Assembly (NCBI GenBank): GCA_973895155.1
Contig: OZ316892.1
Span: 9,342,283-9,406,282 of the forward strand
Direction of reading: 5' to 3'
Origin: Marsupella aquatica
Taxonomy: Eukaryota; Plantae; Marchantiophyta
DNA length: 64,000 bases
The stretch's first letter is position 1. Every line of letters begins with the position of its first letter. This document shows positions 1 through 13,300 of the stretch, one piece after another. The notes beneath the pieces are model-generated. The model did not search any database. It was given only the letters and a program-made list of their open reading frames with translations, and had not been told where the DNA came from. A program made the position numbers and the translations under genes.

Positions 1-1885
1 GATGCCTCCGCAGGATTTTAGCAAGAAGGAAGACTTTGTCCAGTTTGCTACTATCCATAGAGCTACAGCAAAGATGGAATGTGTGGACGTAGTGATCCGC
101 TGCAAAGACGGTGAGGCCATTATTAATTCCTTGTCACCTGTAAGCGATGACAACTGTGAGATCTTGCATTCTGTGGTGTCTACTTTTGTCACTCCACGGA
201 AGACGAAGTTGAAGACGGACAGTGTACCTTCAAGTTATCATACTGCACGAGGGAGGCATACAGCAGAATCTTCAAGATCATCTATTAATGCTTCAGACCC
301 GGCCACGGCGTCGCAGCTTAGTTCTGTTAGATGTAGATTGCAGGACCTGCTTGATAGTTTGGATGCAACTGATATCTGATGTGACTAGATGCAAGCACAA
401 CGTACGACGGTTTGGCATTTTGGGCAGGAGTCTTTTAGTTTGTAAGGTTCCTACAGGCCATGCAATGACCTGCCATTTTGGTTTGATATGGCATAACGTG
501 TATGCTTGGTTTGTGGGGCAAGTGGGACCAGAATGTATGTATGTGAATGGTCGACTTATTTCAATGTGCAATAAAGGGGGGCTCGGACTTGCATCTGTTA
601 AATGAAGGTTGTGATGTCCACGATGCGTTTGTTAAAACGTACCAGAAAGTAATTGGGTGTTAATTGGCTGGTGTTTAATCGATGAATGGGTCTCGGCTAG
701 TGTTTAATCGATGAATGGGTCTCGGCAATTTTTCATTTTGCAATTTGTGCGCAATTTCTCAAGGAAAACTTCCAACTTCAAACTCTGATAGAGGACAGCA
801 AGTAGAACTCAGCCACTATAGCGCTTTTGCGGATCGCAGCGACATCATGTAGTGGGTCATCATAGTTCACGGAGAATTGGGTAAGGGCCCCTCCCCAATC
901 TCCGGACATCAACAGACCAAAAAAACAGAGAGACACCTGAAACTCATTGGGCGGATCCGCGGCTCCATCGATCCCAACGACCAGGAAGGGAAAAAAAACA
1001 CAAGCATATAGACAACCGTAAAAACAACGTGACCCCAAACAATACATTTATGGCAGATGTGTTCTTGTTCCAGTAGGTGTTCATTATATTTATGGAGAAT
1101 TGATGGGTAATGTATGTAAATGAATAATGGAGTTTGCACTTTGAAGGCCGGGGCAACGACTGCAACTCAATGAAGAAGTAAGTAATCATGAAAAAATAGG
1201 TTCTACGACAACTTCCATATGCGTAAAATAGGTCATAAAATTATCTTTTGCGACAACTTACCACTGCATACCGGTTGGCAAGGGGGGGTGGACAGCATAC
1301 TGGCAACCCGGTTACCTGTCAAGGCAACCCGGGCGGTTGCCACAAAACAGGCATCGGCCTCTAACGATGCCACAACAGCTTTGTCAGCATGGCGCTTATG
1401 ATGTATATTGCTTCAATCACTATATTCATTAAAACTGTACTTTTAAAAGTCCATAAGACGAACCCTAAAGTTATTTTTTTCAGGCCAAATTTCTATTAAA
1501 GCATTCCCAAAAGCTAATTTTTTTCAACCCAAATATACACTTTTGAACGCCCAAAATTTTGTTTTTTTTCACCCAAATGTTTAATAATAACTTAAATCAT
1601 ATATTCTAATTAATTTAAAAATTAGAGTAAATTTAATTTAGTCCAAAAATCAGAGGCCAATACCACTCAGACCATCTATAAATTAAAAAATATAGATGGT
1701 CATAAATCAAGGGTCAAAATGAGATTGACCCACTATATAATTATTAAATTGTCCAGTCCAGTGAGAGAGCCTCACACTAAGCATATATCCTAATTATTTA
1801 CTTTATCCTACATGTTCAAAACATATCCTTTCAAGACATAATATGAATGTACAATTCAGGGTAGGCACTAGAGCAACCCTATCTC

Positions 1886-2941
1886 CTAATGATCAAGACA
1901 AAACTCATTTGAACAAGAAAGTCTGCTTCCTGATTTATCATAGCGAATGTCACGGTTGCAAGTATCTCTCGCATGGTGGTTCTTAAACTTATTGGTGAGA
2001 TCCCTAGTTCTAAGAACTTTCCAAATAAAATGCCTTCTATTTTGTGTATGAGGACCAGAATAGTTGTCTCCAAGTATTACGTTTGCAGTTTCTTCGATCT
2101 CATCCGTGGTCCACGTCTCCAGTGGTGGGTAATGCTGCACCTCGTTCTTTCCATCCCAAGGAATCTCTTTAGGAGTCACATCCAAGATGGTTCCAAACTC
2201 CCTATGGATACAACGACAATCTCCCCACTTCTGTACCAAAAGAGCATAGATGGTAGCATGATCCTCCTTGCTTGTTAATAAATTGAAAATAGACCACTTT
2301 GGATTGTTGACAGTGATATAATGTTGAACGCAGTAAGCCTTTCTCAATTTGCAAAGATACGGCCATAATATCTCGGGCAAAAAAGTGTCATTTGAAGCTG
2401 TGTGAGTAAATGGATTTGGAAACAATCCATTCACGTCATAATTCAAAAATGCCTTCAAGGGAGAATCATCAATAAGAACTGTATTAGAAGCATCATATTT
2501 TTCTGGAAAACGGTCCCAAATGGTTTGCAAATTCTTCAGAAGTAAATTGGCCTTCCCATCTGTTATATCTGGCCTTTGGATGCAACTATCAAAGGTATCT
2601 TCTTGAGTAAAGACAAACTTGAACTTCTATCGCTCCTCCTCAGTGAAAATCAACTCCATTAAGTCCATTGTTTTTGGCCTCCTTGTACAGGTCCAAATTG
2701 CGACGTCAAAAACCATGAAAGCTGCATATAGAAATTCGTGGAGGTATGGGCGCTCCACATACATGAAATTAAACCCTCCACGTCTCCCCCAGTGCACACC
2801 ACGTAAACTTGTCTGATTTTGCCATGGTCCTGAGCTTCTGGTCTTAATGCAATCCCAACAAATCTTGTTAAGGTCAAGAACCAAGAGCTTTCGCCGGATC
2901 GGAGAGTGTAGTATTGGAGTGAATTCTGGAAACATTAACAT
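1886..2941 (-). pseudogene. FCP1/NIF-like HAD-fold phosphatase-domain gene (transposon cargo) with one in-frame stop
   Basis: Motifs KLLVLDLN, ERPYLHEFL, FDVAIWT and NTVLIDDSPLKA. ORFs 2627-2941 and 1886-2530 are in one frame, separated by a TAG at ~2627. DLN replaces the canonical DxDxT. Confidence 0.8.
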
Positions 2942-5900
2942 AAGCCCTTAGTCAATGCGACTCAAAGTTTAAACAATTACTACGGAGGAAAACTCTCAAA
3001 ATTTGAAATCAAACAAACTTTGTTATAGCATTTGAAGTAGAGAGGAACGACCCTGGGGTGACCCTCCTAGAAAAACATTAATTACATTCAATTGCCATTT
3101 TTTAGATCCAAAGTATACCTGGGTCAAACCCTTCCTCCACAGCAACGCTTTCCGAGGGAATGCCAACAAAATCCTTTGAGGAAGGAGATTCTATGATGGA
3201 ACTTTGGTCTGTAAAAAAGTATATTATTACAAAGATAAAGCTTAGATTTTCATTAAAATACCAAGAACCAAAGAAAGGGCTAATAATTTCCAATGCTAAA
3301 ATGCCCAAATTCATCTATTGTTTGATCACCTAGAACACTCTGTATCTCAGAATTGATACCACTGGGAAGTTGCTCTTCAAAGGATGGGGGTGCAAAAATT
3401 GGGCTCAGTCTCAAGTTCAGTTTTTTGTAATCCGATTTTGCCATTATCTTTGGAGCATCGTCTAGTGATTCTATCATTCCAACCTTTGGTCCATTTCTCC
3501 ATATAAAATGAGTTGCAGGACGGACTGTTTTCATATATCCAGTCCTGCCGATCTCGGATCCAGAATTTTGTGAAAATGATAATACTACGGGGCTTCCTGT
3601 AGAAGCACTTGTAAAAACCAATTTAGTCTCTGATGAACAATATAGAGGAGACAGGGGAGGATTTGAAGCACCTGCCTTCTCTTCATTTGCAGCGGTCTCA
3701 GGTACTTGACGATCATCCTCCTTTGCAAGCGCAATGTCTGACATTTCTCCCAATTCTACTGCGTCAATATTGCCTAGACCATCTGCGGTTGCCTTCCAAT
3801 GTGCGTCCGATGTGGACGATGTAAGATCTGGGTCCGATTGGTGCATCCAATTCTCTACACCGGCAAAGGGATTTCTTGGTGGGTCGCCCTCAGGTCGACC
3901 CACAACATCAGCCAACCCCACACCAAAGTAGGGAATACCTACCACTTGTGTTCCACGTTCATCCAAATTTCGGGTGACCCTGTCGTCTGTGTCGTGACCC
4001 AATTCTCCTTCCTCAATATCATCTTCGCCCTGGTCTACGCCTTCTTTGGCACCAACATGCTCGGAAACCCCATCGTGGGCTCTACCAAATTTGGAACCGC
4101 CCATCCGGTCACTCATTATGGAAGGAACTTTCTCGCAGAGAACCCTTCCATATGCCTGAGTGAAATCATATTCATCCTTAGTGTCTAAATACGCAAAGCA
4201 TTCTCTGAAACACAACAATGACACCTTCATAACCTGTCCTCCTGAGAAAAAGTCAAGTATAGTCTCCCCTTCAACCGAAAAAAATTCAATAATACTCTGC
4301 AGCATACATTTTGGCTTAGCGTGAATATTCACAAAGCCACCTCTACTTCCCACCATCTCAAACATGGGAGCCTTTCGTAAGAAATCTCCAATGTGAAATG
4401 CCGAAGTTGACTCAGTCTCTGTCTCCTTACTTGTCTTACTCTTATTCTTATCTCGCTTCTCCGTCTTGTCTTCCACTTGGAAATTAGGGTCGATTGCCGA
4501 ATTGTAAGAAAATTGGCAATTAAATCCAGGCCTGAACACTTGCTTCCAATCAAATTTCTCCTCAGTGGTGATTCCTGCAAAGATTATCTCCTCCATACCA
4601 CAACTGAAAAGTAAGCCCTCTGGAACTGGTGTATCACTCCGTCGATAGCTCCCGTAGTCAACGTGGATGTCCATTCCCTTTTCATGTTGCAATTTCCTAA
4701 GGGCACTCAAAATGTTTGCAGCAAGTGGCCCCGGATGCACAGTCATGACAACAACAATTGTTGGATTTCTTGGAAGATCCACAATGTATTACAGTAATGC
4801 AATAATTTCAGCATCAGTCCAAACATGTTGTCGGAGCCTACTGAAGTCAACAATGGCAAGAGGACACAAAGGCGAAGGCTCTTGTAGCATTTCTGGCACG
4901 GTTGTCTTCATCAAATTCTCACTAAAAAATGTCAAGAAAGGCTCCGTGCGAGAACGCACCAATCCCACCAAATTCTTTACAATACAACCCATCTAGTCTG
5001 ACCATCAGACTTTGTGGGAAACTCTCCTTGACCACATTCTTCTTCAATGAATTGTTGAGGTAAACCTCACCCGCTGCTCTCCTCAATTTTGTCATCTCAA
5101 GCTCAGATTTCAAGGAAGGCAACAATATCACCAGAGACTCCCAAGATGTGCCAACAGGAAACTTCTCACGATACTTTTCCACGAAATAGCCAATAATGAC
5201 TGTTCTCAATTTGGACATTATCTTGATTGTAAGGGCCAAGTCTCCCATTGCGACAAGCTCTGATTTGTTGGTGATATCCTTCTTCAGCAAGACACGCTCC
5301 TCTTCAACGTCCTTCAAGATCTCAATTATCTGTTTGCTACTAATCTCTCCTTCAAAGCATCGAAAGGTACCGGGAGTGATCAATTTTGGGGGTCTTGGCC
5401 CTCCATACCCACCAGCCCCGTCTTGGAGCTTCCCACTCAACCATTGTGCACACACGTTCCGCCATAATTCAAAGAGCTCATCTTCGGCAAAAAGTAACCA
5501 ATAAATGCTCTTTAGGCTTGACTTCCCCATTGTAACCTTTGCCAGGGCAAACCAATCCTGCATATCCAATGGACTTGACATTAGTTTCAGGGTACAATGC
5601 ATATGATAGAAAATTTATACCTATGTTTGAAACAGGCTAAGCCGCCTCGCCCCAAGGGCATGGCGAACCTCTACATCTAACCGCAATTGACTAAAACGGA
5701 ACTAGGGAATTATTCTTAGAGAGACTAGTCTAGGTTGCCTCGCCCTGAGGGCGAGGCAAACATTTGCTTTAATCTTCTAACCAAGGAAAACAAGAAAAGG
5801 CAGCCTCGCCCTTGGGGCGAGGCAAACCTCTACCATTGACAATCTTTAAACAAAGCGGATCAAGAATAGTTTGTGTTGCTCCAACATGTACCTGATAGTT

Positions 5901-6714
5901 TTTCTTGTCTGTATTTTGATTGGTCCCAATCCCTGGACGCGGCGGTTTCCCGCACTCCTCAAACTGCCTTTGTGCATGAACAATAGTCTCTAAAAAACAA
6001 GACTTAAATTGCATAGTATCATTGACAGCATTCGATAAACTTGAATGCTCAACCAAAATTGTCTTCGGAGTGAGGTCAGATAGGATCCTTGCTTTCCTAT
6101 ACTTTAGTTTGTTGGCAAGATCTGTCAGCTTGGCGTTAGTCTCGGCCCACCCTTGGATCCATTGGGCAGCTCTTGCAGAATGCTGGCCACTGATGGCAAG
6201 GAATTGGATCTCATGCTTCTTCACACCAATCAAAAACTCTTTCCTATCCTGAGGTGTGTTGTCATAATGAAGCAACTGTTTAGTGCTCTCGCGATACGGA
6301 ATCAAATCAGCAACTTGTGGTTCCTGTCCAGGGTTTTTTATCATAGACTTTGATATCTCCATTGCATGCGAAAGATTGAACATTTGATATACAAAAACGG
6401 TCGATGGCGGATTAATACTTTTTACAGGAATATCAAAAACTTCGCGGATGCCAAAAGTATAATACTGCTTAATATTACGCAAAACCTCTTGGCCTTTGAG
6501 CACATCATCTTCTTTGGGTCCTTATGTCGGACACATATCATCCTCTGGATGCAAGACAAAGTTTGAAGTCGACCCTGACATTGGTTTTGATTTCGCAACC
6601 TTTGCCTTCTTTGTCTGCTTTTTTTGGGGGCCCTCATCATCTTCATTTTTTTTAGCCATCTTCTTATGGCGTGAACTCCCAGATTGTTTCTCTTGTTGAA
6701 CAACCGGCTCTTGA

Positions 6715-7189
6715 CCCGGGTACGCAACTCTTGTATAATTGGCAGGGGTCTACATTTTTATATGGACTAAAAAGTTGGCTATACAAAATTATTAAAATTT
6801 GAAAAAACCTGGGTTTTCCACTTTTAAAAATTTTCAAGTCATATAAAAGGTTTGGTTCTCCTCTTTTTCCATATGAAATTAAAAAATATTCCTATACATG
6901 TTGTAGTTTTTATTAAAAGATTTTTAAAATTTTAATAAAAATCCTAAAAAGCTGGCTAGTTTGGCTGTAGACCCCTGTATTAAAAAAAAGTCATATAATT
7001 TGGTTTTGATCAACTTTTTATACATCAAAACATATTCAGAATTTTTTTTAAGTTACATTTTTGGATTCCTTGAGTTGAGAGGTACAAGACTTTAGTAAAC
7101 TAAAATGAAATCTAAGATGGTCTAAGGATATAGGGTCATTATAAGGAATTAAAAACTTGATTTATAAAAAGGGGAGTTGCATACCCGGG
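6715..7189 (+). mobile_element. Non-autonomous TIR element (MITE family A, 475 bp), copy 1
   Basis: Ends CCCGGGTACGCAACTC ... GAGTTGCATACCCGGG. 8-bp TSD GCTCTTGA at 6707-6714 and 7190-7197. Interrupts the cargo ORF. Confidence 0.95.
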
Positions 7190-8074
7190 GCTCTTGAAGC
7201 TTTCGTTTCTTCTCTGTCTTTGATTGCGCACTTCTTTCCACTGTCTTCTTTCTCTCCTTTGCCTTATGCTTTGCTTCTTTTTTCTTCATCTCTGAAATCC
7301 ACGTCCGGCACGCGGCCTCTTGAAACTCTGGACAAAAAATGAAACTCTTGTCGATTGCTTGCTCGTATGAAAAATGTGCCTTATCAATCATCCTTTGAAC
7401 TATCCAAGTAGACGGAGGGTCCACACTGTCCGCATTGTCATGCATGTGCTTCTTTACGTAGAGAAATCCAAACACTAGGTCAACTCCACTTATTTGAGAA
7501 TGCGTCTTCTCAAACATCTGATCAATTGTTACTCCATCTGGGAAGAATCCCATATCAGCTATGCTTATCTCCAATCAAGCCATCCACTCAACATTCAGTA
7601 AAGTCGAGTAGAGTTTTATTGGCACTAGAAGTCTCATCCACTGAGATTTCTCATTGGACTCAACAATAATCGTTGCATTGCGGTTGTTGTCCGTGTTCAC
7701 AAGGACGACTGGACCTAGAGTAACAATTGTCTTGCGGTCATTCAATTGACTTGTGAGGCCCTTGAAACAAATCAAGAGACTGCCTTCCGCCGACACCCCA
7801 ACTTCTAGTGCCCATCTAAATCCTGGAGTATCTTGGTCAGGGAAAACAAAGTCCTTGATATCCTCGTCCATAATATTTAATTCCGGCTTCTCAAGATTTT
7901 TTCCTGGTAAGAAACATTGAAAACAAAATGGTCAGCATCATATTTTTAACATTGACATGTGGAAAAATTTCAAGGTGCCTTGCCCTTGGGGCGAGGCGAC
8001 AAATAGAAGATTGCAAAATCTTCTTTGCTCCTAGTGCAATTAGCCCTGCCACCTCATCCAAGCAATCAAACATT

Positions 8075-8443
8075 ATTTAGGAATGCAGATGACATCGCCT
8101 CGCCCCAAGGGCGAGGCAACTTCTAGGAAAGCAAACAACATTTAGGAATGCAGACAACATCGCCTCACCCCAAGGGCGAGGCAACTTCTGGAAAGCAGAC
8201 AACATTTAGGAATGCAGAGGACATCGCCTCGCCCCAAGGGCGAGGCAACTTCTGGGAAAGCAGACAACATTTAGGAATGTAGAGGACATCGCCTCGCCCC
8301 AAGGGCGAGGCAACTTCTAGGAATGCAGACAACATTTAGGAATGCAGATAACATCGCCTCGCCCCAAGGGCGAGGCAACTTCTGGGAATGCAGACTACAT
8401 TTGAGGAATGAAGACGACATCACCTCGCCCCAAGAGCGAGGCA
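8075..8443. repeat. Tandem array of ~6 x 65-bp units, each with hairpin GCCTCGCCC-CAA-GGGCGAGGC
   Basis: Equivalent positions at 8093, 8158, 8222, 8287, 8352 and 8418. Isolated copies of the same hairpin occur near 5644, 5737, 5803, 7977, 8539 and 8622. Confidence 0.95.
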
Positions 8444-9883
8444 AAAAGTAGAATATAGCTAAAGATCCTTTATTAATGTAAGATACAAGGTCCAATACGC
8501 CTTTGGAGCAACAAGAAATCTAGAATGAAGTAGACGTCGCCTCGACCTTGGGGCGAGGCGACTGCAAAGGAATATAGAAATTTTCCTAATAAGAAGTTTG
8601 AAATCCAAATTAAAGTAAATTTGCCTCGCCCTAAGGGCGAGGCAATAAGTTGAAGCACGTGGTGCCTTACGTGGAAAAGTTAACTGGGCTTTCTTTGACG
8701 CCTCCAACGCATTGTTAACCAATTTTTGGACATCCGGGTCTTCAGGGTCATATTCATACAGAGAGTTATAATTGAAGTTCAATGACTCTTGAAAACTGGC
8801 GGAGGTGGTGGAAGCTTTAGAACTGGAGGAGGTAGACATTGTAAGGGGCGAGTGAGATTTAAGATGACACGTGGCAGCAATGGAGAATGCCACAGGCTGC
8901 AAGAGGGCACTAACAGGCAAACAATGATCGAGGGAGCGACCCAAAAGGGAAGGGAGCAAGGCGGAAATAAAAGCCTTAGAGCGAGGTGGAAAAAAAATCC
9001 CAAGAGCGAGGCAAAAACAAAAGCCCTAGAGCGAGGCAAGAGGAAGGCAAGGAGTGAGGAGACGAGAGAGGAGGCAAGAGGGAGGCAAGGAAATGAGGCC
9101 TCAAGTGCAAGGCCTACCTTCCTATACCCCCTGCGAGCGAGGAGTCCGAGGAGGCAAGGATCCGAGAGGGTACGGAGGCATCAATGCACGCCAATGATGG
9201 AGACCCTCCTCGGTGCATGTGATCGTGAGTCATCGATGGTGTGACCACTCACGACCACTCGCGACTCACCTACCAATTTTAAACTTCCGAGCTGTCAGCG
9301 GTGTGTGCTCACAACTCACCTATCACTCGTGAGTGATTGGCTAACACCCTATCCGATGTCTACTTGTGTGCTGGGTGCGTGCCTCATCCACCCGTGCCCG
9401 ATCTGTTGGTGTCCACTCGTGTGTTGGGTAATGTGTGGGCTTTTTGCCTCTCAAACTGAGTATAGACCTCCCACAATCCATTTTTTGGTTCATTGTCATT
9501 TAGACAGTGATTGGTACGATCACTAACTCTCCTCTGTCCGAGTGCCTTGTTTAGGTCCGCATGGTTGAATGCAAGGTTTAGTAAGGGCACTGGTGAGCAC
9601 TGTGGTGCTAAGAGTTACAATGCTGGCATCCAAGGTACCCATTTAGCTTGTACAAGGGTGGGCAGAGATATATTGCGGAGCAAGTTAGTGATTTTATTTA
9701 TTTATCTTAGAAGTAATAGCTCAACTACATCTAATTCAATACCTTTAAGCCAAACCTAGATTAAGATTTACACATTAGGTTCTAGATCATATATTTTACT
9801 CATTTCTAGACCTTTATCCACAGTCTAGCATGTGTAGAACTTACTGTACCCCTTTATGTGATTACTAACATAGTTTCTAGAAG

Positions 9884-10181
9884 TGGGTCGGAATTATTTC
9901 GTGCCGACCTGACTATGTCATCTTAACTAGCATTTTAAACTGGTATATAAAAGCATAAGCAAGATAGTGTCACAAATAGTTTTGACATAATTTCAACTTA
10001 ATAGTTGGAGTAGGGTCGAAATAATTCCGACCCAACTTATCAATGTTTAGTCAATTAAATCATTTAAAGACATATTGTTGGAGGAGGGTCGAAATAATTC
10101 CGACCCGACTTGTAAATGTTTAGTCAATTCAATCATTTCAAGACATAATGTTGGAGGAGGGTCGAAATAATTCCGACCCGA
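9884..10181. repeat. Repeated palindromic motif GGGTCG-AAATAATT-CCGACCC upstream of the transposase
   Basis: Copies at ~10013, ~10086 and ~10159 in ~73-bp tandem units, plus an inverted variant at ~9884. Confidence 0.85.
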
Positions 10182-10311
10182 CTTGAATGTATTTAGGGTT
10201 TTGAGTGATTTTACAATATTTTTTGGAGGAGAGTCCAGATTTTGAAATATGATTGTAACATGGGGAACTTAACAATTTCTAACTTTATTTGAATACAGAT
10301 AGTCCGCTATC

Positions 10312-13300
10312 ATGATCAATTTTACACGAGGGGATGAAGTGTCATTGGTGATCGATGGATTTGAAACGGCAATTGGGATAGTTCAAAAGGTTGACCCCCA
10401 GGATACTATACAGAACATTTGTCTAGGGGACAATCGAATTGGGTTATTGATCGAAAAGTGTTTTGATGGATCGCGTCAACTTCCATTTCCTTCGCCCAAA
10501 TTTTCTACATTGGCTGAGGCAATTGACTCCTGCGTGATTTGGGATTGTGCATTGGCATACTTGAGGTCATCAACTCAACGCCGAAGAATCAATGTCGATG
10601 ATTTCTCTTTGGCTGGAGATGCTGGAAATGATAAATCCAAAATTGATGCAAGGGTTGAAGAGGACGTGTTCAAGGAAGGAGATGAAGTTCAGATGTTCAT
10701 TTTTGATCAGTTGGTTGCAAATGGAGTCGTTTTCAAGACAAATCCGATGGATATTTGTCATACTGAAACACTCGGGGTTGGTCGCATCAGTATAAGAATA
10801 TCTGATATTGTTAAGGGAAATCAAAAATTGTCATACTCGCACCATGGAGCTGATACAATAGAAGAGGCCTTGCATACCTGGGTTATCTGGGATGTTGCGC
10901 ATGTTTCTAGAAAGGGCACTCTACGAGATTTTGGCGTGTTTGGTAGTTCAAATATTTTCAATGATCTTCCATTAAAAGATTTTACACTACGTTCCAACTG
11001 GATGGCGGAGGAGGTTGATTTGTATGACGCTTCTCGTTGTCGAAAGGTTGCAACAGGTGTTATCACGGTCCCATTTGAAACAGGTGCCGTTGACGATGAA
11101 CTTCTTGGTGCAGATCATGTTGGTGTTGCTGTTGTGAATATCAATGAACCCGGATTATTTCCAAATATCCGTGTTGGTACCCCTGGCTTGGTGAGGTGGG
11201 AAATCAAATCCCTTCTATTGATTTCATCTCAAAGGTTTCTTGGGGATATCCTTGAGGAAGTTTCAGAGAAGTGGATGGAGTCGGGTCGAACTAAGGGCGA
11301 TCCAGATTCGGATGGTGATGGTAAACCTACAAAAAGACCATACAATTTCATTAGGAGGACAAAAGTTGATCTTGAGGAGAGGAAGAAAAGGCATTTGGAG
11401 TCGAGGGCACTTTTGAAAATTAACGAGGAGTCCATTGATTCCATCCAAAGAGAAGGTTGTTGCAAGCTGAAGTGTTGCTTGAACATGCCCAGGGAGGACT
11501 TAGAGGCAATGAGGAGAGAATACCATGGAATGTCAAGTGACAACAAAACAAGTCACATCTTTAGTCTCTTTGGGTGTAGAGAGGAGCAAGTCAAGAGAAA
11601 GGGATTTTTTGTTCTAAAGGGACGTGTGGTTTGTAAAGATGCATTTATTAAAATGCATGGGTTCAGTACAACAAAGTACTATCACTACAAAAATCAATAT
11701 GAAGCTGGTTGCACAATTGGTTTCCATGGAAATCAGGGACAACGGAAGACACGATCAAGCACTTTGCACGCTCGCGCCTTGTTGGAGTCCATTTTAATCC
11801 AAAATGGGGAACCAATGCCACATCTTCCCTATGGTGGGTCCAACGGCACTAACACTATTGAATATCGGCTCCCATCTTGTTTTACTAAGAAGGAGATTTT
11901 CCAAGAGGTGTTTACCAAGATGGAATTAGATGGGTTTGCTAAGGTTACTGAAGTTACTATGTACAACATCTGGAAAAACTCATTTGATAATTTTGACTTT
12001 CACAAGGGAAGTGCATTTGCCAAGTGCACATTTTGCACTGAGTTCAAAGATCAATTGATGCGGGAGAAGAGAAAAAAAGAGTGTGCAGAGATTGAAGAGA
12101 AAAGAGCGCGACATCTTCGTGAACAAATGTCAAGAAGATATGTTTACTATGCTCATAGGGTTCTTGCAAAGAAGGATCCTCAAAACTATCTTTGCATTAT
12201 TCAAGATAAGATGGATCAAGCCAAGACTTGGATCCCCAGGTTGGTCCCCACTCCAAAATCCCTCTCTGGTAGTGGTCAGCCTTTGCCTATTGCTCTTACT
12301 GGGATGTTAACCCATGGAAGAGATCCTGGAGTGTATGCACATTTCAATTTGACTAGACTTTGGCCTGGAGATGCAGACTTTACCGTGACATCTTTGGCCA
12401 AATGCCTCCAAGATTTGGAAGATTACACAGGAGACAAAACTGGAGACCTTCTTGAGGGATTGAATTGGAATGCAACTAGGCCAATATTTCAGTCCCTTCT
12501 AGACTTTGAAGCATTTCTGGCCGGTTACTTGGAACCCAAAAATGTTTCAATTGTTCAATTTCAAGGCATTGAAGATGGTCAGGAGACTAAAAAGTCAAGC
12601 ACAGTGGATGTTGGTTCTAAGGATGATCCTGAGACTACTAGGGGCTCTTTCAAGCCCTTACCAAGGCACCTAACGTTGCAGATGGACAATTCAGGGAAAG
12701 ATAACAAAAATCAATATGTGATGGCATTTTGCACTGAGCTTGTTAGCAGGGGGTGTTTGAAACTGTGCAAATGTCATTCCTCATGGTTGGCCACACCCAT
12801 GAAGACGTGGATGCATTATTTTCTCAAGTATCCAAACAGGTCAGATACAAAGAGGTTGCTACCCTCTTGGGGTTGATGGCTGAGGTTTGGGAGTGTGAAA
12901 GCATTCATCCTGTACCACGATTGATTCAAGAGGTTGCATCTTACAAGGAGTATTTGAAAACTTTCCAGGTGAAAGAGATAGAAGGTCACTCAAAACCAGT
13001 GGCATTTCTTTTCTCCAATGAGGGATAATGTGCCAGTGTATCAATATAAAGCACATGTCAAGCAACCTTGGCTTCCGGCAATGGGGAGGTCCATTTGGAG
13101 AACTGATCCCATCACAAATGCGCTCATTTTACCAGAAGGCCAACCATTTGCAAAACCTATATATGGGGATGTACAAAAGAAGGCTGGAGAAATCATCCCA
13201 TTCCTTAATCGCTATATTGATTTCTTGAAGAAAAGTTGTAAGGATGAGACCTCTGCAGCATATAAAGAGAGATTTCCTCTGGTCAAATATTGGGAGAATC

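Larger units (their letters stand above)
3280..8839 (-). pseudogene. Multi-exon cargo gene: ParB/Srx-like domain + degenerate beta-class N4C/N6A DNA-methyltransferase-like domain + acidic tail
   Basis: ORF pieces 8839-~8670, 7871-7190, 6714-~5890, 5602-~4930, 4992-4789 and 4782-3280 join once the MITE is removed (frame restored across the TSD). ParB-like FLAISGQHSARA. MTase-like NIHAKPKCMLQSIIEFFSVEGETILDFFSGG. Premature stops at ~7575, ~6520 and ~4790 and a frameshift near 4930. Exon limits are approximate. Confidence 0.7.

Noticed and set aside
2-1415. ORF 2-379 and GGCAACC/GGTTGCC inverted motifs near 1270-1345
   Set aside because: The ORF is cut by the window edge and has no recognisable domain. 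The motifs hint at TE subterminal sequence but no terminus could be fixed.
8075-8443. CRISPR-like look: ~65-bp period with a hairpin repeat
   Set aside because: The intervening 'spacers' are near-identical to each other, there are no cas genes and the context is eukaryotic. It is a minisatellite.
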